Positions 16,173-26,302 of a DNA stretch of 64,000 nucleotides are shown piece by piece. Numbering within the stretch: position 1 is the first letter of the stretch; each line of letters starts with the position of its first letter. A program made the translations under genes and the position numbers. The notes beneath the pieces are model-generated. The model saw only the letters and a list, made by a program, of their open reading frames with translations. It made no database searches and was not told the DNA's origin. The DNA is taken from the NCBI RefSeq assembly GCF_963853765.1, contig NC_088857.1:31868001-31932000 (forward strand), read 5' to 3'. The DNA is from Magallana gigas. Its lineage: Eukaryota.

Positions 16173-17357
16173 ATGAGGGCGGTTTATCTGGTTCTGGCTT
16201 TCTGTCTGCAGCAAGGCGTTGAGGGGTACACCTTAGATCAGGAGACACAGCTCCATGCAAATCTTACCACCGAATATGATCGGAAGATTAGACCTTTTAA
16301 AAATCAAACGGAACCCATACAAATCAGCATGGACTTTTACATGGAAAAACTCAAAGAGTTCTCGGAAAAGGAAAATAAGATAAGCGTCGTGGGATCTCTC
16401 TCTATAGAATGGAAAGATTTTCGTCTCACTTGGGATCCAACAGACTATGATGGCGATCTGAATCAAACATCTCTTTTTGTTTCTGATATATGGGCACCGA
16501 ATTTGTTTTTGTTAAATCCGTATGAAAAACAAACGCCAATTCTTTCAGATGGTACTGCCTGTACTATACAGGCCAATGGATATGTAACATGCCTGCTGGC
16601 TGACAATTTTGAAACAACGTGCAGTGCCGATATTTCGAATTACCCCTTTGATACTCAGATCTGTACATTGAAATTTTATGTTCAAGGATCTTTTGCTTCA
16701 AACACACTTCTCCAAAATGCATCATCAACCATTCGCTTGGACTTATATGAAATCCATGGACTGTGGTATCTAACCGGCACACGTAATTATATTCAAACGT
16801 ATCGGATTCGTGGGATGAGTTGTGAAGTTTTGCAACTTGAACTTAAAATGAAAAGGCGAAACAGCTATTGCGTATATAACATTTTGCTGCCAATCTTTTT
16901 TATAAATCTCATTCAGTTGTTTGTTTTCTTTTTGCCCTTGGAATCAGGCAAGAGAGTTGGTTTTTCCATGAAAGTTCTTTTATCTGTAGTAGTATTTTTC
17001 ACCATCATTCAAAGCAAATTGCCCGAGTTTTCTAAACCAAGTTTATCATCCCTTACTTTTAAACTGTTAGCTGATTTCCTGACTAGTATCTTTATTGTGT
17101 TATTTGTAGTAGTAATAAGCTTCATTTATCATAACAATAATCACGAAAGAATACCCAGTTTTATCAGAGAACATATCGAAAAAACAAAGGAAAAAAATGG
17201 TAATGAAAAAGAACTCAACATTACTTGGAAAGACGTTGCAAAGCTTCTAAATCGATGGGTTAGTAGATTAATTTTCGTTTGTTTGTATTTTAACTTTTCA
17301 TTTTATATGATTTTCAACCAAGTTACTTCTGTAAACGAGGTCGAAATTTCAAAATAA
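16173..17357 (+). CDS. Intronless Cys-loop ligand-gated ion channel subunit (nAChR-like, non-alpha), copy A, 394 aa
   Basis: Single ORF with signal peptide, WKDFRLTWDP, IWAPNLFL, Cys-loop CSADISNYPFDTQIC (C-x13-C), KRR-M1 (NILLPIFF), LPLESG-M2, M3 and M4. No vicinal CC in loop C. Confidence 0.93.
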   Translation: MRAVYLVLAFCLQQGVEGYTLDQETQLHANLTTEYDRKIRPFKNQTEPIQISMDFYMEKLKEFSEKENKISVVGSLSIEWKDFRLTWDPTDYDGDLNQTSLFVSDIWAPNLFLLNPYEKQTPILSDGTACTIQANGYVTCLLADNFETTCSADISNYPFDTQICTLKFYVQGSFASNTLLQNASSTIRLDLYEIHGLWYLTGTRNYIQTYRIRGMSCEVLQLELKMKRRNSYCVYNILLPIFFINLIQLFVFFLPLESGKRVGFSMKVLLSVVVFFTIIQSKLPEFSKPSLSSLTFKLLADFLTSIFIVLFVVVISFIYHNNNHERIPSFIREHIEKTKEKNGNEKELNITWKDVAKLLNRWVSRLIFVCLYFNFSFYMIFNQVTSVNEVEISK

Positions 17358-17573
17358 AAACGTTAGCGTCCATCCAAAATATTTTGAGTCATCTATATAC
17401 AATGAAATTATTATAATTATTTGAACATCAGAGAATTTGTATTTTAAAAAACCCAATACCTCCATAATATTTATTATCATTTTTACTAAGTAATTTCCAC
17501 CCCTTATAATTTTATTTTAAGTTATATTCACTCGTATCATTTATCTTGACTTTGTTCGCTTATTATCATTTTT

Positions 17574-18167
17574 GGGAGTTGATTTTAATCAACTCTCATA
17601 TGCAGTTACTCAGACAAATCGAAAGTGAAACAGTGTTTGGACCTCAGCACATATCATTGCTGCTGACAAGACTTACTTCTTGAAAATAATAGATATATTC
17701 GGTGTAATGTTTGCGAAAGCATTGTTTTTCAAGGAAACTTATTTATAAATACCTTGAAAATAGTCAGATTTTAAATGGTACGAACAATTTAGATATTTTT
17801 TGTAGTCGTACGTATTCCTAGCCAGATTTCAATATAGTCTCGTTCAACTCGGCGCTCGGCTGTCTCCGTAAATCCTTGTCGGAGATTTACGGTGTCAGCC
17901 GAGCGTTTGGTTGAACGAAACCAGAGTTCACTATTGCTTGGATCCATACGAGAAATATCTTTATTACTGATACATAGTTTGATTGAATTAATTTTATCTT
18001 TAAATATTATTTAACATGATTCATATGGGGGTTTCTCGACATTCTTGTCGAAAAAGTCCAACAATTCATATTATAAAAATGTGCGAAATTCAAATTAGAA
18101 ACTATATGTACTTGTCATGCAAAATAACATATCTTTGAATTCCCGTCAGTTCTTCAGTACTTTGATT
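17574..18167 (+). mobile_element. Second copy of the sub-TIR/hairpin non-autonomous element
   Basis: Highly similar to 14443-15060 and in the same orientation; hairpin at ~17834-17924; absent at the paralogous site (~43510). Confidence 0.65.
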
Positions 18168-18272
18168 TCAAATTTTATCTGTTTGTTTTTTAAAGATTTC
18201 AAAAACCAATGGAAATAAAAGACTTTTGAATAATATTTAAATGTTTAAATGACTTGTAGTTATGGGCCTATT

Positions 18273-18274
<2 letters not shown>

Positions 18275-18342
<68 letters not shown>
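18275..18342. repeat. (AT)34 microsatellite
   Basis: Direct read. Confidence 0.95.
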
Positions 18343-18346
<4 letters not shown>

Positions 18347-19857
18347 GTTTCATTTATGTACAATAAATAATAAAGCCATGACAGAAACTGCCAACACGTT
18401 TTCTATACTGTGTTCTGTCGAAATAATTGGTAAACACTAGTTCAGCATCATACAAACATGCAATGCCATCCCATGTTATCTTACAAGCCACTGCTATTAC
18501 ACTGAAGCTTAAACACGCAAAGCTGTTTTAAAATTTTGAATTAAGTATAGAATCTTTAAGCATCATAAAACCCCACAACCCCATGTTTGTTATGAATGAA
18601 GCTTATTGCCGAGGGAAGACAGTCCCATATTTTAAAAACTGACTTGAATTTTTGACCGAAAAAGCACTGTGACAGTTTTTCTGTTCAAAAAAGTATCTTA
18701 GATTAATAACAGGTAATATTTTAACTTTATATCTGATAAAGAGTATGGTCCAAACATTTTTTTTTAAAACCCATAAAAATATTAATATTAATGATAATAG
18801 AATGATTATTATTGAGAAGAAACTCTCTAATGCAATGAAATATTAGCCAGTTTCGTTAATGACTGCTAAATCAGTGCAAGATGTCACTTACGCAGTGCCT
18901 GATGAAAAATAAAAATTTGAAAAATTAACATCTATTTTATGCATATAAAATCGATGACTTTATTTTACGGGAAAGGGTAATCTGAATTTTGGTCGGGATC
19001 GGCCTGTGGCCTCCTTTTTTTATTTAAGTCTGAAAGCTCGGGATCAACATTCTTTTCCAAAAGTTGCTGAATAGAGAGTAGGTTGAAAAATTGTAGGGGA
19101 GAATTTTTGAAATTATATGCTGTAAAACATTGATAGAAATATCAAAATTTTCATCATCATTATAACTATTAATATTAATGACTTTCAACGAAGTGCATCC
19201 TGCTTTTCGGAAAATTACAGTTCCTCAAATAAAAAATTACAATTTAATTTAATTAACAGCATACAGTAGGCCTAATGGTATTCAAATCGTGCATATTTCC
19301 TATTTTAAATAATGCATATTCATTTATAGTACGTCACTTTTAACTCATATGAGCCTACGTCAATCGTTCAGGAGCACAAGTCTAATTAATTAGACCAATA
19401 TTGATACGTGTATTTCTATTGCTGCAATGTATTTAAAGTTGTATTATATACCACTGACATATATCTCTTTATAAGAGGCAGTCATAATAATTTAATTGCC
19501 CAGTTACATTGCTATATCAAACAGCACAATATACTGCCGCTACTTTTCGAGACATTAAATTAATAGTAATATAAAAAGTGAAGTACAACATGCCCATGTT
19601 GTTTATATCGTAGTTCATCATTAATTTAATTTTATCATTGATAAAAGCGTTTCCTCCAGTTAGAACATGGTTTGTGGTTCAGTCAATCAGATTTTCAAAA
19701 ACGATCTTTTTAGTCATCAAAATCCATCCTAGAAAATGATCTTTTGCTTAATTAATCTTTTGAAATAAATGTTAACTCCTATGAATCAAAGAGTTTGTTT
19801 TGAGCAACAGCTAAAACATACAGTTAAAATACATCTTAAAAACCCATTTCTACAATA

Positions 19858-19975
19858 CGAGCGCCAGGACCACCAACCTTCTTGGACTCGCATCATCTGG
19901 GGTCAGCGACCAACAGAGTTCTGTCGTAGCTGATCAGGACAACCTAAATCACGTTCTTGGAGGCCTCATCAACAT
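19858..19975 (-). pseudogene. RPS16: Orphan copy of the RPS16 last exon with its acceptor, nonsense codon
   Basis: Reads [37 protein letters not shown]; TAG at 19946-19944 replaces AAG; 3' end deleted; aligns to 55203-55320. Confidence 0.9.
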
Positions 19976-20639
19976 CTATAATAAAAACAGATTTGTTCAT
20001 GCAATAAAGTTTGCAGAAAACTGTACTCAATTTCTTCTATGAAATCCTGTACAAAACTTTGCCCATTAACTTTACTATAGCGATAGCAATTGATTGCAGA
20101 ATTGTTTATCATGATCGAAATTCGTTCCGACCAAATAACTGGTTTCTCGTATGAAAATATGTAGGTTTTTGACATGGTATTATTTTTTAAAGTTTTTTTA
20201 AATAACACAGAAAGTGTGATATGAATATTCTGTTTATGTGTAAATAAAAATAAAATACCGGTATAAAAATCACATTTCATTATAATTATTCAAAAGAAAA
20301 TCTTAAACAACTAGCAAAAAGATATAAATTGATAGTTTTACTTACCACATGTAGAAATATTTCAGTCCGTTCTACTTCTCAAAACAAAGTCTGCCCATGA
20401 AAAGTATTTATATTCAGATATCCGTTCGAAATTATTATCCTTTGGGATTGTAGTAACATTTACGTGTCCGGTTTAGACAATTGCGTTTTTATGCAATAAA
20501 AAGATGTCGAGTAAAAGTAAAATAAACACATTGTAGGTAGATTGTAACAGTACTTATTAGTATTACCTTTGATGATGTATGACAAGCTGAGCAGACAAGG
20601 CAGTGACATCTTGTTTTAACAGTCATTACAACACACAGT

Positions 20640-21052
20640 CCCTAAAACGCTCTACTTTCCTACTTGAATGGTAAGCGCACTCTGAGCGAACGGTGAGCGC
20701 ACGCTGAATGGAATTTGCAATTGGTGAGCAATTTTAACGGTAATTGGTAAGCGAACGCGGAGCGCAAACGCGAGTGCAAAGTGATCGGTGAACACACAGT
20801 GAACGATATGTGAACGCAAGATGAACGATTTATCTGAAAGCCTTGGGAGTTATTTTTACATTGTATTTCGTCGGTAATCAGGAAAAAATAATAAATAAAC
20901 TACATGTACGACTGTTATCAGCCAAAATATGATATTATCTGACTGAACGATCGATAAGTGAACGCTAAACGAACGGTGAGAGCAAAGTGAATGTTTTGTG
21001 AACGCACGGTGAGCGCACGAAGAAACTAGAACGTTCAGACAGTTATACAGAA
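20640..21052. mobile_element. Interspersed repeat with reiterated GAACGGTGAGCGCAC-like motifs
   Basis: Multiple GTGAGCG/GTGAACG motifs; the paralogue is split into ~46079-46387 and ~47104-47206 by an insertion. Confidence 0.55.
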
Positions 21053-21800
21053 CAATTTCCTCCACAAGCCACGGGGTCTTAACGGTCTCTAATAACAGTG
21101 CGACATTTAAGTCCGGACATGACAAAGTCCGGGCTTTTAGCTACCATTTCCGTTGGACATAGCTTACTTTTGTTTATATATCTTGGTGGGACATTTTACT
21201 TTGATCCTATCATGTCAGCATGAATGTACACATTGCTCTAGTTTTCTTGTAATTGTCTCTCAAATATCAAAATCCCATGGGATTTTGGTGGGATTTTTCA
21301 TCCCATCTCAAACCCCACCAAAATCCCATGGGAGAAAAAGTATTGTGGGATAAATTGTCCCATGTGGGACAAAAAATCCCATCATTCATAAAAGATGGGA
21401 TTAATTCTCCCATATAGGACAAAAAATCCCACATAATAAAGAAAATAGGATATATCCCATGATTTTTCACATAGGATAAATTTTCCCATATATCACAGAT
21501 ATCTTTCTCATGATTTCTCATAATAAATTATTTTCTTTTGTTATTTCACCTTAATTTGCACATAACATTAAACTCTGTCTCATGGCAATTGATTGGATCA
21601 ACAACTGTACAGACATTTCATATTTTCATCTGATATTAATCTTTTAAAGACATGTGAGATTGTATTGTGTTGATTTTTCAAAATACTGTAGGTGCATGTT
21701 TGCTATAAAATGCAGATTCTAATCCTAAATAAATAGTTATTTGGTTCTTCATTTTTAATCCATCTAATTAGACTTTCTTGTTATCTATTTCTTAGCAGAA

Positions 21801-21943
21801 CTGTCTTCCCACAAATGTTTATTTAAAAATAAAATTTGGTGTTATGACTAGTCATAACACCAAATTTTATTTTTAAATAAACATTTGTGGGACTAGTCAT
21901 AACACCAAATTTTATTTTTAAATAAACATTTGTGGGAAGACAG
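21801..21943. repeat. Spacerless 86-bp perfect palindrome (21807-21892) with a 45-bp tandem duplication of one arm
   Basis: Centre GACT|AGTC at 21849/21850; direct repeat 21846-21890 = 21891-21935; outer CTGTCTTCCCACA pairs with TGTGGGAAGACAG. Confidence 0.9.
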
Positions 21944-23121
21944 AACTAATAATTTCATTACATATTATATAGCTCTTTCTGGTAATTACCATAGGCGCTT
22001 CCCACCTAAAATCAGTGTATTAAAAATCCATCCGAAAAGAGATGAATATTTGGCACAATGATGTATAGATAGTGAGCGTCTAACAGGTGCAGTTCTTTAC
22101 CTCAGCAGATAGGAATGACCATTGTAAATGTTGCTGTGCAGTACTAATGCAACGCTAAAAAAATACCTTATGCAGATTGTAAACAACGAAATGTTTACCC
22201 AATGATGACGTTTTTTTTTCATATCTAATGCTCATAAACTTCTCATATTTCTCATGTACTCATTTCTCAATGTTCCCAGTTTCCATCTTGGAGTGTAATA
22301 ATTATGTTGAATTGCGAACCCGATTGTTAAATACACCCCCCCCCCCCCTCCCCCCCTTTTAAAAGAATTCGGAATACTATGACAATCTCATATCATGTTT
22401 CATGGAGTCAGGTGCACAGAACAAGAACCACATCGTCAATAACGGCGATTGTCTACGCCGCATTGTTACCCATTGTACGGATTTTTTTTAATAAAAGAGA
22501 GTAAAATATAACCTTTGAAAAAAAATGTTTTATATTGAGTTCAAAATCATGCTTAAATAACTGTATCAAGTTTTGTAGTTTGATTAAGTCATTATAGTGA
22601 GACTGTTTGGGGTTTTTTTTCAATGTGACTGTGTTGTTTTGATACATGTAAGAAGGTAACAAGACTTCAAATTGTCGCTAAGTTTAATAAATTTCACAAA
22701 CGCTATTTCTATTGGTTGGTTGCACCGAGCTCAGCTTGAGCGAGTTTCTGTACTTGTGTACATTACCTGCATACGTGTAAGTAACAGTATATCAAATAAG
22801 TGTATTTTAAAAATACATGCACATACATATAGTACAGAAGATCAAAGGTGGCAATGTTGCATACATCAACCCGTTAATTGCCAGACTGTCACCTTGATTA
22901 AAATTCTTATCCCTCGGTGGTTCGTTTTATATATACATGTAATTATATCCCCGACTGTTTAAGACTTGTTACCTGTAATTAAATCCGAGATGTACGGTTC
23001 TAGGATAACACAAAAGTGAAATTTTTGTTTCAAATTCAATTAACGGGTTACAATATTATTTCCCTATAAAAGAAATTATATATGAATTAACCATTTACCA
23101 AATGTTTCATTTTATTTTTTG

Positions 23122-23124
<3 letters not shown>

Positions 23125-23192
<68 letters not shown>
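23125..23192. repeat. (TC)34 microsatellite
   Basis: Direct read. Confidence 0.95.
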
Positions 23193-23195
<3 letters not shown>

Positions 23196-23791
23196 ATTAT
23201 TTGCTTGCTTAAGTACTGCTTTAAAGTACACCAGGGACAAACGGTATCTAGACTACCTACATGTAAAGTGCAGTCAATTTTTGATATGATGGAGATCTAT
23301 ATGTGAAAACATCCTGAAAATTTAACTGCGGTCGTATGAGTACTTTTCGAGATATTTGGGGGAAACCCGATTTCACACCTTCAGAACGATTTTTAATCAA
23401 GCCGATTTGGCGCGGGATGAACTGTGGCGTCACTGGGTCAACTACTATAATATGAGAAACAAGAATATCGTATGAAAACTGTTTGTTTTCTTGCATTGCA
23501 TTTTCTATATATGAACATTTTTTTTTTCGACCCTGAATGACTAAATTGATGTTGTTTGAGTTTAAACCCATATTTTATTGAACAAAAATGCCGAATTTGG
23601 AAACTTGTTAACGTTTGCTTCATGAATTTAGTCAAATGTGTGACACATTTTGCATCACATGTGTATCCTATGTAGCAAATTGACAATCAATCAAGGCACT
23701 GTTCTTATAAGAAATATTTTTTGAAATATTTTTTTGTAAAAGGTAACGTGGGGGGGGGGGGGGGTCTATTCCTCATATGAGACATAAAATT

Positions 23792-24143
23792 CAGGCACGT
23801 AGCATCGGGTGGGGGGGGGGAACTTGCATTTACCATGTTTACATATAAAAAATTGAATTATCATGGAGCCTCCCCCCCCCCCCCCCCACTTTTTGGGGGA
23901 GTATGTAAGTATTAATTAAGGAAATTAAGAGTGAAATCGAAGTTACAGATATATACCACGCCAGCTCCCGCCCCCCCCCCCCCCCCCACGAATAAGGATA
24001 TTTAAGATTTCAATTTCCCCTTTATTTTTTTGCTTGCTTGTCAAGATTTTTTGGATGAGTCTGAGATGTAATTTCAGGCAGGTAGCATCCTTTTTGAATT
24101 GTGGGGGGGGGGGGGGGCAATCAAAAACGATGCTACCTGCCTG
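23792..24143 (-). mobile_element. G/C-tract repeat family copy with CAGGCA(C/G)GTAGCATC termini, including a 69-bp mini-element at 24075-24143
   Basis: CAGGCACGTAGCATCG at 23792, CAGGCAGGTAGCATCC at 24075, and inverted CGATGCTACCTGCCTG ending at 24143. Confidence 0.65.
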
Positions 24144-25466
24144 ATATTACATCAATATTGCCCGATTATTCATTTTAATATTGATTTCGGACTATTAACA
24201 ATCAAAATAGCATGCACATTTTAACAAACAATCGAGGGATTATTAATGGATCAAGGCGAAATTTAAGTCCAAGATGGCCGCATGATGAAGTTTGTCTCGT
24301 AACTTCTTTGAAAATACGATAATGGAATTTTATTTTACACTTATTTACATCCTTTGTCAAGATATGTTAAAGTTTCTTTCAGTTTTAATAATGATTCAGT
24401 GTTAGTATAACAATTTAATTTAAGCTATTTGGAGTTAAATTGCTGACTATAGCGCTCGAAAGAAAGGTGTTCTTTATTGGACAAGAAATTAAGACCAGGG
24501 ACGTAATTACTTCCGAAATTATTACTTCATTATTACTTGATTGCATTTTTTAAACAAGGTTTAAATTGCTGAATTGTGAGTTTTGTCATTTTTTAGATGA
24601 TAAGATAAGTAACAATTAAGGCATATTTTGAACATTAGTTTCTTTTTTATAGTCTCATGCATGATTCTTTAACCACTGATTGACGGACTATACCCGTGTA
24701 TTAGCTAATGAATGCTTATTTTACACAGTCTAATTTAATTTATGTTTTAGCTGATAATAATTGAGTAGCTAATTATACACAAATCAATTTACCAGTCTAG
24801 AGGTGTGAAACCTCCTCTTTGTTCTCCAGACTCGTGTACCATGTGTATACATACCCCAGACACACACGTGTCTGGAGCAGTAGCTTCTTTAGTTTACCGG
24901 TGACATCGTCTCGGGTCATTCATGTGTGAAGGGAGATTATGTAATCAGCAACTGAATAATGAACATCAATCTGTCCATGCAAGCATTTAAGATATCGTAA
25001 TCATCGGTAAAAAAGGCGACGAGAATAGCCAAAATCCCTAAAAAGAAACTTGATTGTGCCAAAATAATTACGGATACAAATTTCTAAATCTACAATACTT
25101 AAAATAACTAGATACGTCAAAACATCAGAGCTCTATCAATTTTTTGTAATTTTTTACTGCAAAATGGTATTTATTTTGTAAAGCTTTTTAAGGTAATTTC
25201 CTTCCTGTTGATCTCGTAACCTCTTTTCCGCATGTTGAATAAGCAAATTAATCAAATAATGTTAAATATGTCGCCTTAACTATTATTATATTATGTAAGT
25301 AGAACAAATAATTTTCAATAATATCAGACTGATAGCATTCATGCCGTAAATACTCCATTTCATAGATCTTTATTTGTGATGCTGAATTAGTAAATATATT
25401 ATTCACCAATTCCTATATAATTGCTTTGTATATCTGTTTGTATTTTTTGTATTCATGTCGTTTTGT

Positions 25467-26044
25467 TAGCTGCAGGACTGTAGCTCCCGGTCTGAAAAAA
25501 TTCGGATGGACGACCTGGGAGCTACAGTGCCTCCCATAGTAAAAAACTGCAATTTACGGCGCACAAAAAATTGCGCTAAGTTTAGACTTATTAACCTTAT
25601 TTTCACACAAATTCTGTAAAAATAATTAGAACCATAAAATTCTTCAGCAAATTTACTACTGATATCATCACTTTACTTGCCTCAGACCTTCTCTTAAACA
25701 TGATAACCGACCTCGGAAAATGAAGTATGTTAATTTACGTCGAGATCGAGAGTCGCCATTTTTAAATGTAAACAAACATGCACCACTTTAATTGACAGGG
25801 CTGGGAATGGTGTTTAAAAGAATATCAGAGGCAAGTGAAGTGACAATATCTGTAGTAAAATGTCCGAGGAATTTTTTGGGATTAAATATTTGTACAGAAT
25901 GTGATCGTAGATGAGATTAATCAGTCAAAACCTAGCGCATTTTTTTGTGCGCCGTAAATTGCAGTTTTTTACTATGGGAGGCACTGTAGCTCCCAGGTCG
26001 TCCATCCGAATTTTTTCAGACCGGGAGCTACAGTCCTGCAGCTA
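25467..26044. mobile_element. Long-TIR MITE, 578 bp, 10-bp TSD (Mutator/MULE-like)
   Basis: 104-bp perfect TIR starting TAGCTGCAGGACTGTAGCTCCCGG; GTCGTTTTGT at 25457-25466 and 26045-26054. Confidence 0.88.
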
Positions 26045-26224
26045 GTCGTTTTGTATGTACATGTATATCGAGAAGGTCATTGTGTACACATCACAAGTCA
26101 ATCACAAGTCAGTGGATTTTGTCTAGATTTTTGTTTTCTCTTAACTTGATTAGCTATAGTGATTAATTTTGCTCTAAATTATAAAGTATTAATTATGAAG
26201 AAATTTTGGGGAAAAATCAGCGCT

Positions 26225-26302
26225 GCGAACGTGATTTGATCCCACGCTAGTACAATAGTGCTACTTACACCGCCCTCCGCGCAGCCACTGCGCCACTCCC
26301 GC
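26225..26302 (-). mobile_element. Degenerate tRNA-derived sequence (SINE head or tRNA pseudogene)
   Basis: Minus strand has an A box TGGCGCAGTGG (26295-26285) and a degenerate B box GTGGGATCAAATCAC (26245-26231) at tRNA-like spacing; no clean cloverleaf. Confidence 0.5.

Larger units (their letters stand above)
6230..21093 (+). repeat. Segmental duplication unit A (M13 from intron 1, channel block, RPS16 last-exon relic, GAACGGTGAG repeat)
   Basis: Colinear by eye with 33550-47233 (unit B) and in part with 47234-~55400 (unit C); boundaries approximate. Confidence 0.8.

Noticed and set aside
23200-24660. Further possible MITE remnants and the 104-aa ORF 23257-23571
   Set aside because: No matching TIR pair or TSD could be established; the ORF has no recognisable features.
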